From assembly GCA_050290185.1 (NCBI GenBank), contig JBNKHE010000004.1:244409-308408 (forward strand): a stretch of DNA of 64,000 nt, written 5' to 3'. Position 1 is the first letter of the stretch. Each line of letters starts with the position of its first letter. The notes beneath the pieces were generated by a model, which ran no database searches, was not told the origin of the DNA, and saw only the letters and a program-made list of their open reading frames with translations. This document shows, piece by piece, positions 26,567 through 35,456 of this stretch. The position numbers and the translations under genes are program-made. This stretch comes from Pontiella sp. (GTDB lineage: Bacteria > Verrucomicrobiota > Kiritimatiellia > Kiritimatiellales > Pontiellaceae).

Positions 26567-28786
26567 ATGGATGAAAATGGTATGGACGAGTCCGAAAACA
26601 AGGATCAGCAGCCGGAACAAAAAAACAGGCAACCCAACCGGGAGATCGGAAATCCCAACCTCTTTGCCGGCGACATCGTTTTTTCGGATACTGAAAAAAT
26701 CCTTTTCGAAGAGGATTTGCAGGATCAGTCTAAATCCCACGACGATCTGATGGATGGGAATCCGGCCGACCGCTACTCGCCCAACAGAAAACTCAACCAA
26801 GGCGGAATGAAGGCCATCTGGGAAGTCGATGACCACCGTACGGCCCGCAAGGTGGCTATGGCGCTGATTCAGGACTCCAAGATAGCCGCGAAGGAGGACA
26901 TAGATTCATTCCTTTACGAAGCCCGGTTAACGGCAAACCTGCAGCATCCAAACATTATTCCAATCTACGACATCGCCGTCGATGAAGACGGGAATCCCTA
27001 TTTCACCATGAAGGCGCTCAAGGGCGAAACCCTCGGCGAGATCATCAGGAAACTGCACGAAGGCAATAGTGCCTACCGTAAACGCTACACCCGAACCCGC
27101 CTGATCGGCATCTTCCTGAAGGTCTGCAACGCCATTGACTATGCCCATACCAAAGGCGTCATCCATCTTGACCTAAAGCCATCCAATGTCATTGTCGGCG
27201 ATTTCGGCGACGTACATGTACTCGATTGGGGCCTATCCACCTTGATCACCCATCTCAATGAATATGATGGAGAACCCGTTTCGTGGCATAGTATGGACGA
27301 TGTGGCCTTGGAAAATGGTCAGACGCTCACCCGATATCTCGAAAGCACCGCCAAACGCCGCCATGTCGTGGGCGGCACCCCGGGCTACATGTCGCCGGAA
27401 CAGGCCCAGGGATCGCCGGCGGATATCGACTTTCAAACCGATGTCTACATGCTCGGCTCAATGCTCTACGAAATCCTGACCTACCAGTGCCCTATCCTTG
27501 GCGACACGGTCAAAGAAGTCCTTCAAAAAACTGTGCGAGGCGATTTCCCAACACCAACCAAACGCGCTCCTGAACTCCGCATTCCGCAGGCGCTTGCCGC
27601 CATCGCCATGAAAGCCATGCGGACCGCGCCGGATGAACGCTACGCCAATGTCGCCGCACTGATCCGCGACATCCATCAATATCAGGACGGCTTCGCCACC
27701 ATCGCCGAAAACCCAACCTTCTTTACCCACTTTGCCCTACTGGTGCGCCGGCACAAGATGGCGGTCAGCCTGATTGCAGCCTCGGCTGCGCTTATCACAG
27801 TTATTCTGGTGCAGAGCTTCAACGAGATCAAAGCGAGCGAACAGGTAGCGGTCAGCGCCCTGGCCGCGTTGCAGGAAAAAAACGACTATATCGCCGAAAC
27901 GGCCAAGCAGGTGGCCCCGGATTACCTCACCCTCGCACAACGCGAGGAAAGGACCTTTGCTTTCGACGCCGCGGAACAGGATCTAGACCGGAGCCTGGCC
28001 TTCGATCCAAACAATCCGGCGGCATGGAAGCTGAAGCTCCGGATGCTGCTGGCGCAGCAACGTTTTACCGAAGCCCGGGAAATCCTTGAGGGGGAAACCG
28101 GACCGGATGATGACGACGCCCTGCGCAAGCTGGCGCGAAGCAGCGGCTATGCCGAGCCGGTGACGGATGCAGACCTCCCCCGGCTGGCCATCGATTTCCG
28201 TTCGCATGGTATGTCCAGCGGACTCCCGCGCCTGTTCCATCACCTCAACCAGCAACCATTTGATCCGGAAACCCGCTTTCCGGCCCTGGCCGAATCCCTC
28301 AAACAACTCAACCCCAATGTTCAGGAGCTCCATTTTAGCTGGCAGGCAGGCGAACCGAATGGCTGGAACATTGACATTGGAAACAACCCGGGGCTAGACG
28401 ATATTACACCGCTGTGCGGATTAAACATCGTAAACCTCAAGGCCCATAACATCGGCACACCCAACCTTGCCCTGCTTACCGAAAACGGCATGCGCTCCCT
28501 CGACCTGTCAAAGACGCAGTTGAACCATCTGTTCGACCTGGACCAGCTTGCCGGCCTACGGGAACTCAATATCAACGGAACCCGAATCCGCAACATCTCC
28601 AATATCGTAAAGTATCCCCAACTCACCTCGCTCGACATCAGCCATATTGATGGCCTTTCGATTTCGCCACAGCTTGTTTGGTGCCGAAATCTCAAGTGGC
28701 TCACCGTTGCAGAAAGATTCCGCAATGATCCAACCATCCAGTCCCTGGCAAACCGCGGCGTCATTATCATCTACACCGACAACTGA
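26567..28786 (+). CDS. Membrane Ser/Thr protein kinase (Hanks type) with TPR and LRR C-terminal region
   Basis: FLYEARLTANLQHPNI; IHLDLKPSN; DWG; GTPGYMSPEQ; TM; LRR (LRELNINGTRI, LTSLDIS). Confidence 0.93.
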   Translation: MDENGMDESENKDQQPEQKNRQPNREIGNPNLFAGDIVFSDTEKILFEEDLQDQSKSHDDLMDGNPADRYSPNRKLNQGGMKAIWEVDDHRTARKVAMALIQDSKIAAKEDIDSFLYEARLTANLQHPNIIPIYDIAVDEDGNPYFTMKALKGETLGEIIRKLHEGNSAYRKRYTRTRLIGIFLKVCNAIDYAHTKGVIHLDLKPSNVIVGDFGDVHVLDWGLSTLITHLNEYDGEPVSWHSMDDVALENGQTLTRYLESTAKRRHVVGGTPGYMSPEQAQGSPADIDFQTDVYMLGSMLYEILTYQCPILGDTVKEVLQKTVRGDFPTPTKRAPELRIPQALAAIAMKAMRTAPDERYANVAALIRDIHQYQDGFATIAENPTFFTHFALLVRRHKMAVSLIAASAALITVILVQSFNEIKASEQVAVSALAALQEKNDYIAETAKQVAPDYLTLAQREERTFAFDAAEQDLDRSLAFDPNNPAAWKLKLRMLLAQQRFTEAREILEGETGPDDDDALRKLARSSGYAEPVTDADLPRLAIDFRSHGMSSGLPRLFHHLNQQPFDPETRFPALAESLKQLNPNVQELHFSWQAGEPNGWNIDIGNNPGLDDITPLCGLNIVNLKAHNIGTPNLALLTENGMRSLDLSKTQLNHLFDLDQLAGLRELNINGTRIRNISNIVKYPQLTSLDISHIDGLSISPQLVWCRNLKWLTVAERFRNDPTIQSLANRGVIIIYTDN

Positions 28787-28787
28787 C

Positions 28788-29396
28788 ATGGAATCAGAAA
28801 ACTACAATCCAACGCGGGTTACCCTGCTCGCCAAACTGAAAAAGACCGAGAACGACCAGGCGTGGCTCGAGTTCGAAACCATCTACCGCGGCTTTATCCT
28901 CAGCCTGATCCTGCGCATGGGCATCAACTCCGAGGATGCCGAGGATATCAGCCAGGCGGTCCTGACCAAGGTATGGCAGAAGATCGAGGATTTCGAATAC
29001 AACCAGAACAAAGGCAAATTCCACAACTGGCTCGCCGCCATGACCCGCAACACCGTCAAGGACTTCTTTCGGACCAAAAAGAATTTCATCACCGGCCGCG
29101 ATTCGGTCGAATATCAGGAACAATACCTCGATATCGAGGAGCATGTGCTCCCCGGCATCGAAAACCTCGCGCGCGAAGAATGGGTGCTTCACATCACCAA
29201 TCTGGCGTGGGACAACATCAAAGATGGCATCTACGAAAGCAAACGCGAGGTGTTCAAACTCGTATCACAGGATGTCTCTACCCGGGAAATTGCTGAAAAA
29301 CTCGGTATTTCAGAGGCCAGCGTGCGTGTCTATAAGGCCGAGGTCTTTGAAAAAATGCGCACGGAGATCACCCGTCTCAACCGGGAACTAGGCTAA
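28788..29396 (+). CDS. ECF RNA polymerase sigma factor (STK-associated type)
   Basis: N-terminal TRVTLL..L; AW.EF..IY; DAEDISQ; KGKFHNWL; EIAEKLGIS; starts 1 nt after kinase stop. Confidence 0.92.
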   Translation: MESENYNPTRVTLLAKLKKTENDQAWLEFETIYRGFILSLILRMGINSEDAEDISQAVLTKVWQKIEDFEYNQNKGKFHNWLAAMTRNTVKDFFRTKKNFITGRDSVEYQEQYLDIEEHVLPGIENLAREEWVLHITNLAWDNIKDGIYESKREVFKLVSQDVSTREIAEKLGISEASVRVYKAEVFEKMRTEITRLNRELG

Positions 29397-29440
29397 AAAT
29401 ACGGATTTTATGAAAAAATCATAAAAAAAGTCCGGTTTCG

Positions 29441-29467
29441 GGTAACGATCCCCCCTGCACCCTCGAA
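29441..29467 (+). promoter_or_regulatory. Putative ECF sigma promoter 2 (GGTAAC-N17-CGAA)
   Basis: Same TTTCGGGTAACGATC..CCTCGWATT layout as 26375-26408. Confidence 0.7.
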
Positions 29468-29473
29468 TTACTT

Positions 29474-29579
29474 AATGAACCCAACAATTTCATAAGGCAA
29501 ACGCAACGACTCAAGTGAACCCAAACCTGTTGCAGCCAATTACTCCGGCCCCGCCCTAACCCAGCGGGGCTTTTATTTT
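29474..29579 (+). ncRNA. Putative sRNA copy 2 (~105 nt) with intrinsic terminator
   Basis: Paralog of 26413-26524; no downstream + strand ORF, so it cannot be a leader. Confidence 0.68.
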
Positions 29580-29623
29580 ATCTGAATCAATACTCATTAT
29601 TTATCCCTAGGTTTTGGGGGATC

Positions 29624-29659
29624 AAAAGGGAAAGGCCCCGGCTTGCGCCGGGGCCTTTC
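29624..29659 (-). terminator. Intrinsic terminator of the pilMNOPQ-protease operon
   Basis: GAAAGGCCCCGGC-GCAA-GCCGGGGCCTTTC then CCTTTT on minus strand. Confidence 0.8.
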
Positions 29660-29733
29660 GAGATACCGGACCCCTTGTTTTAGGAGGGAGGACCTGTTCC
29701 AAACAGTCCGGATTTTATTTGGGAGATTGATTT

Positions 29734-32700
29734 CTAGTTTCTGACCTCCACCTTGTAGAATCGGCAACCGTCGCTATTCGGGTCAACAATCACCATAGGA
29801 TTGCCATCGCCCGGTTCATCGACGATTAGTTGCTGCCATGTCCCGCCGATTTCGGTGCAATAGTAGACCGTGTAGTAACGACCTGCTACCGAATCAAAGA
29901 CGATATCGCAACCACCTTCAGCAGACGGCTGGATGTCGGAGACATAGAAGTAGGAAGTCGGATCGGTGGCACTGGTGCCGGCAATCACTTCGTCTCCATC
30001 CGGACTGAGGTCACCATCGGTGTCGGAATTCGTTGGATCGTACCCGGCCATGAATTCCTGATAGCTCGTCAGTCCGTCTCCATCGGAATCCGTCTCGAAG
30101 GAAGTAAGCCCGTAATTAATAACGAAACTTTGCAGCGAAGCCGTCAGCGTTGTCCAGGTCTCCCTGGGATCCGTTCCATTGGCAATTTCGACGGTATCCA
30201 ATACCCCGTCGCTATCCGTATCGGCTGACGGATTGACATACTCATAGGCACCAATATCCACCGTATAGTAGGTGTTTGTATCGGCATCCCCATCCAAGGG
30301 ACGCGGCGTATCCTCAATGTCGTACAACGGTGCGCTGTAGTATGTGCCCTTATCCACACAAGGCGACCCAGGCAAGAGGTGATAATTTCCGCCACCGACA
30401 TAATTAGGAGTCGCATCGGTGTTGAAACGGTCCACCACAAAACCATATCCGTCGCTGATATCGCAATACCAAGGATCAAACTGTTTGGAACCCTGACGGC
30501 AATGCAACGAATTGTAACGATCATCCCCGGGTTCATACCGAACCGGACTAAGCCACTCGGCATCATTGCAGTAGTTAGTCCAAATGATGGTATTGCGGAT
30601 ATATTCCACGAAGTTTCCGAGCGATGTAATGCCGCCTCCGCGCGTCATGGCCAGATTCTCTGCCAACGTGCAGTTAATGGTCCGTGCGGAGCAACGAGAG
30701 CCTACGTAGATGCCTCCCCCCAGACCAAAATCGGGATATTCCTTGTTCTCGGGATAATCCAGATCCAATGCGGATGTACGGTTACCGGCAATCACGCAAT
30801 TCTGAACCAACGGCAAGCTTCCGTCCAACAACAGGATTCCACCGCCATTTTCATCATCGTGCGTTTCATCTACCATATCCTCGATCAGGTTCGCAAGTTC
30901 TGCGATATTGGTTGAGGCCATGCGCGATACACCATTATACGTGTAGTAATCTGGAGCATAGTTGCCGGTCACGGAGCACTGATCGATGGTTGGAGAGCTG
31001 TTCTCGCAGCGGATGCCGCCTTGGCAATCGGAAACCGTGCACCCTATGATCTGGGCAGAAGGATCGTTGACCAGCCAGATTCCCCGCCCAATGCCATAGA
31101 TATTGCTGGCATGCTCGATGACCGTATTCCGAATTTCCAATCCGCTGCTGTCGAACACTATTATGCCACCTGCGGCATAGGAGATGGTGCAATCCAGGAT
31201 ACGGGGAGTCGATCCGTCTAAGGCACGGATCGCCACGCCTTCCACGATGTTTGTGATGACGCAGTTCGTTATAACCGGACTCGAATTGAATTCGCAGTAG
31301 ATGGCATCGTCGCGGCAGGTTTGAACAATGCAATCGGCAATGGTTGGACTCGTCGCGTCACGACAGACAATACCATGTTCCTCGCCACATGAGCCATCTG
31401 AACAATCCGTATTTTCCAGCGAAGTTTGAATCGTTACTCCGCGCAATACTGTATCAAGCCCTTGTCCACCTTCAAAGATGAAGCCGGCACCCAGGCCATG
31501 GCTTTTCACAATCGTCCTGGAAACGTCGTTTGTGTTTTCAGCCAAAATGCGGAGCTGAAGAGTCCCGGGATTGATATCGCGGTTTCCAACACCGTAGTAT
31601 TGCCCTTCCTGAATAAGAATAGTGTATCCATTGGAAGCGACATTGATGGCTTCCTGAATCGCATCGAACGGATGGTCGATAGAACCATTTTCGGAAGGAT
31701 CACTCAATTGGGGGTCCTGTGGCTGGCCGCCAAACAGATACCAATCGTATGGGCCATCATCGTTTACAACAACCGGATCGGAGGCATTGGTGGCCTGCGT
31801 ACCCCAGGCAAACTCCCAGTCATCGCTAAATCCGTCGCCGTCAGTATCCACGTTGTCGGGATCGCTTCCGTTGAGATATTCCTGATAGTTCGAGAGTCCG
31901 TCGCCATCATGATCGCCAAAAGCGCCATTATTGGTGTTGATGGTGCCATCATCGAGCGGATTCAAATAGTGGGTTTCCTCCCATCCATCAGGCAATAAAT
32001 CGCCATCCGTGTCCGGATTGTTTGGATCCGTGATATACATGTTGGTAATCGGCATGCCGTTGAATGAGAGCGCCACCCGGAAGTCATTGGTGATTTCCCA
32101 GTTGTCACCCAGTAGATCGTCATCGCTATCGGCTTTATTCGGATTCGTCGCACCGGGATAGTTTACGGCATTGGTAAGTGCATATTCACCCAAATTTGAT
32201 AAATCGAGTCCAGGAATCGAGTTGTCGCCATCAGGATCATCCTGAGCATCATCCACCAGCGGATTCAGGCCATTATCGATTTCCCAACCATCCGGCATAG
32301 CGTCGTTATCCGTATCGGGATTCGCCGGATCCGTCCCCGCCAGGCTTTCTTCCAGATTGGTGGCACCGTCGGAGTCGGGATCGTTGGCGGCATCGTCCAC
32401 CAGCGGATTCAGTCCGTTGTCGATTTCCCACTGGTCGCTCATTCCATCGCCATCGGTATCGGCTTCGAGCGGATCGGTCAGATAGAGGTTGTCCACGCCA
32501 TTGGTCGTCACTTCGTAGTGATCGGATAAGCCGTCGCCATCCGTATCGGATGTACGCGGATCGGTCAGATAGATCTGCACCTCCTGATAACCGTCCTCCA
32601 GCCCATCGGCGTCCTGATCGGGATTCGCGGGATCAAGATTGGCAAGATATTCGCCCCAGTTGATGATCCCGTCCGAGTCGAAGTCGTTCGTGTAGGACTG

Positions 32701-35430
32701 GTCGAGATTTCCAAAATTAACGATCTCCCAGTTATCGTACATACCGTCCTCATCGGAATCGATCGAACATCTGAAGACATGCAATCCCCTGCCCTTGCCG
32801 GCCACATAGGCATAGCCGTTGGCAATGGTGACCCCATAGGCCTCGATGTTGGCATAATGCGTATAGGGCGTGATATCGCTCAGGTCGGATGCATCCATGA
32901 TACGCAACCCTTTCGCCCCATCGGCCATGTAGAGCAACCCATCGAAATAGGCCACGTCCTCGGCCGAACCGGGGGTATCAGTGCCACCCAGCTTGGTCTT
33001 GGCTGCGTTGTAAACCAGTGCGCCATATTCCTGCAGCGCCACATACAGCTTGTTGTTCTCTGCAAACACAGCCGCACAGTTCCTGTTGCCATCGCCATCC
33101 GCAATGGATTTAGCCGAATAGGTCGATGACTTGGCGGATGTCGCAATCTTTCCAAGGCCACCGTACATCGCCATGTAGACGGATCCTCCGACCAGCGCCA
33201 CATCGTTGACCTTGAAATTCGGATCGCCGTTGCCGGAAAACGAAGCGGTCACGTAGGCACTGCTCGGGTTGGATATATCAACTACCGTCAGACCGTTGGA
33301 AACGGACGCCAGATAGGCAAACCCGCCACCCACATCCACTTTGGAAGCGGGAACCGAAACCGAGGACAGCAACACAGGATCCGTCGGGTCGGAAACATCC
33401 ACGACGAAGAATCCGTTTTCAGCATCAGCCACATAGGCATAGTCGCCATCCACCCTCACGCCCCGGACCGAGCCGGAGGTGGAATAGGATCCCACCAACT
33501 CCGGATTTTCCGGTTGACTGAGACTTAGTATTTTGAGGCCGAATCCACCGTCGGCTACATAGGCATATCCGTTGGCAACCACGACATCGTACGTATCGAG
33601 GCACTGGCTGTTGAAGCCCAGATATTGCAGCTTCGGCAACGTACCCATAACATCGCGAGGATTGAATCCGTAGCGGATCTCCCAGCCATCAATCAAACTG
33701 TCGTCATCCGAATCCGGATCATTTGGAATACACGCGCTCTGGTATTCCTCAAGGTTCGTCAGAAAATCGTTGTCGCCGTCAAGCAGCGCATCGAGTGGAT
33801 TGTTTGGATCCAGCCCATAGTTCTCTTCCCACGAATCGGGGATGCCGTCCTTGTCGGAGTCGCTGGCGCTGGCAAACATGGCAAAAACATTCATGCGTCC
33901 GCCCGAGACCACCTTTCCAGCCAGAACCGGAAGCTCATCAACACTATCCAGCAAGACCTGCTTGGCCTCCGCCGGAGAGATATCCGCATTCAGGCTGATC
34001 AACAGCGTCATCGCACCTGCTACATGGGGACAGGCCATGGAGGTGCCCTGAAGCGTTTCCGTCCCGCCATCGAGATAGGTACTGACAATATTCACACCCG
34101 GTGCGGCCAGGTCCACCGAATTGGCTCCGTAGTTTGAAAATGTCGCCAGATTGTCGTTTTCGTCGGTCGCGGCCACGGCAATGACATTGGGCAAATCATA
34201 GCTGGCCGGATACTGCGGGAGCGAATCGTTATCCGACGAATCATTGCCGGCGGCGGCCACAAAAATGCAACCCTGCTCATTGGCATATTCGACCGCATCA
34301 TAGATCGTCTGGCTGTAGCCCGTACCCCCATAGGAATTCGATAGCACCTTGGCTCCATTGCGGGCCGCGTAGCGGATACCATCGACGATATCCGAATCCA
34401 GCAGGCCCTCTTCGGTTCCAACGCGCACCGGCATGATCGAAGCCGTCCAGCAAACCCCAACCACCTGGTTGGCATTGTTCCCGACTGCGCCGATGGTTCC
34501 GGCGCAATGCGTTCCATGGCCGTCGCTATCATTGGGGTCGTCGTCGTCGGACACAAAGTCCCAGCCATTGATATCGTCCACATATCCGTTTCCATCGTTG
34601 TCCTTACCGTCTCCGGGGATTTCGATGCTGTTGATCCACAGGTTGGCCTCCAGATCGGGATGATCCAGATCCATGCCGGTGTCGATGACGGCAACCACCG
34701 CATCACTGCTTCCGGTTGTGATATCCCATGCATCGGGCATGGAAATCTTGGGCATACCCCAAAGGTTTCCGTACATCGTATCGTTGGGAACAGCCGTAAG
34801 GTGGCGTACATAATCGGGCTCGGCATAAGCAATCGACCGGGCTTCGGCCGCAAAGTATTCAACGGCCTGTTCGACCGCATCAAGTCCGGGGGCTTCGAGC
34901 CGGACAATGAAGGTATCACCATCGGATAATGTGCGAACCACGGTTGCGTTGTATTGCGCAACCAGTTCCTTTAATTCGTCCGCCGAGCTCCCCTCGCGGA
35001 GATGAACCAGTACATGATCGGCAACCATTTCCATCCGGCCGACTGGAACTAACTTCCGCTGATCAGGATCCTGGCGCAATGTTTCCGTTACAATCCTGTT
35101 CGGATATTTTCCGGTGCGCTGTACCAGCCTCCGGGATTCCACATCCCCGTTGCTCAGCATGGTTTGACGTTCTGCAAGAACCTTGGATCCATCCACCATT
35201 GCGGTGCCATTGAATGCTGCACCACCCAATGTTTCAGCGTCCAAGCCCGCTGACGGGGCCGTTGCACTCACTGATTGGGGTTCGGAATCCGTTTGCCCGC
35301 TGATGATCGTGGTTCTCGGCCCCGCGAAGTAGTATATCGCAACCCCTGCCACGAGTAACGCAGCACCAGCCATCGGCCATCCAAAAAACTTCTTTTTCAC
35401 AACTGCTCCCATCTTGCCGTATTCCGCCAA
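29734..35430 (-). CDS. Giant multidomain S8 protease: N-terminal TM, prodomain, subtilase, LVIVD repeats, TSP3-like Ca-binding repeats, beta-helix/choice-of-anchor-Q-like region, C-terminal RFYKV domain
   Basis: VAVIDTG, GHGTH, GTSMACP; YAYVADG..GL; DSDGDGL.D..E repeats; YHLLPGSPCVDKG..DIGAYE; start may be ATG 35412. Confidence 0.92.
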   Translation of the reverse strand: MAEYGKMGAVVKKKFFGWPMAGAALLVAGVAIYYFAGPRTTIISGQTDSEPQSVSATAPSAGLDAETLGGAAFNGTAMVDGSKVLAERQTMLSNGDVESRRLVQRTGKYPNRIVTETLRQDPDQRKLVPVGRMEMVADHVLVHLREGSSADELKELVAQYNATVVRTLSDGDTFIVRLEAPGLDAVEQAVEYFAAEARSIAYAEPDYVRHLTAVPNDTMYGNLWGMPKISMPDAWDITTGSSDAVVAVIDTGMDLDHPDLEANLWINSIEIPGDGKDNDGNGYVDDINGWDFVSDDDDPNDSDGHGTHCAGTIGAVGNNANQVVGVCWTASIMPVRVGTEEGLLDSDIVDGIRYAARNGAKVLSNSYGGTGYSQTIYDAVEYANEQGCIFVAAAGNDSSDNDSLPQYPASYDLPNVIAVAATDENDNLATFSNYGANSVDLAAPGVNIVSTYLDGGTETLQGTSMACPHVAGAMTLLISLNADISPAEAKQVLLDSVDELPVLAGKVVSGGRMNVFAMFASASDSDKDGIPDSWEENYGLDPNNPLDALLDGDNDFLTNLEEYQSACIPNDPDSDDDSLIDGWEIRYGFNPRDVMGTLPKLQYLGFNSQCLDTYDVVVANGYAYVADGGFGLKILSLSQPENPELVGSYSTSGSVRGVRVDGDYAYVADAENGFFVVDVSDPTDPVLLSSVSVPASKVDVGGGFAYLASVSNGLTVVDISNPSSAYVTASFSGNGDPNFKVNDVALVGGSVYMAMYGGLGKIATSAKSSTYSAKSIADGDGNRNCAAVFAENNKLYVALQEYGALVYNAAKTKLGGTDTPGSAEDVAYFDGLLYMADGAKGLRIMDASDLSDITPYTHYANIEAYGVTIANGYAYVAGKGRGLHVFRCSIDSDEDGMYDNWEIVNFGNLDQSYTNDFDSDGIINWGEYLANLDPANPDQDADGLEDGYQEVQIYLTDPRTSDTDGDGLSDHYEVTTNGVDNLYLTDPLEADTDGDGMSDQWEIDNGLNPLVDDAANDPDSDGATNLEESLAGTDPANPDTDNDAMPDGWEIDNGLNPLVDDAQDDPDGDNSIPGLDLSNLGEYALTNAVNYPGATNPNKADSDDDLLGDNWEITNDFRVALSFNGMPITNMYITDPNNPDTDGDLLPDGWEETHYLNPLDDGTINTNNGAFGDHDGDGLSNYQEYLNGSDPDNVDTDGDGFSDDWEFAWGTQATNASDPVVVNDDGPYDWYLFGGQPQDPQLSDPSENGSIDHPFDAIQEAINVASNGYTILIQEGQYYGVGNRDINPGTLQLRILAENTNDVSRTIVKSHGLGAGFIFEGGQGLDTVLRGVTIQTSLENTDCSDGSCGEEHGIVCRDATSPTIADCIVQTCRDDAIYCEFNSSPVITNCVITNIVEGVAIRALDGSTPRILDCTISYAAGGIIVFDSSGLEIRNTVIEHASNIYGIGRGIWLVNDPSAQIIGCTVSDCQGGIRCENSSPTIDQCSVTGNYAPDYYTYNGVSRMASTNIAELANLIEDMVDETHDDENGGGILLLDGSLPLVQNCVIAGNRTSALDLDYPENKEYPDFGLGGGIYVGSRCSARTINCTLAENLAMTRGGGITSLGNFVEYIRNTIIWTNYCNDAEWLSPVRYEPGDDRYNSLHCRQGSKQFDPWYCDISDGYGFVVDRFNTDATPNYVGGGNYHLLPGSPCVDKGTYYSAPLYDIEDTPRPLDGDADTNTYYTVDIGAYEYVNPSADTDSDGVLDTVEIANGTDPRETWTTLTASLQSFVINYGLTSFETDSDGDGLTSYQEFMAGYDPTNSDTDGDLSPDGDEVIAGTSATDPTSYFYVSDIQPSAEGGCDIVFDSVAGRYYTVYYCTEIGGTWQQLIVDEPGDGNPMVIVDPNSDGCRFYKVEVRN

Positions 35431-35456
35431 CGCGGAATTCCGGGCAATATTTCAGA

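Noticed and set aside
26414..29495. sRNA copies as leader peptides (MNPTTPYLKQTQLK, MNPTIS)
   Set aside because: Lengths and frames differ between copies while RNA structure and loop sequence are conserved; there is no RBS.
26371..29579. RNA-guided sigma (dCas12f/TnpB-type) system, or composite transposon bounded by the repeats
   Set aside because: No Cas12f/TnpB, transposase or recombinase is present; the repeats look like promoter-RNA-terminator units.
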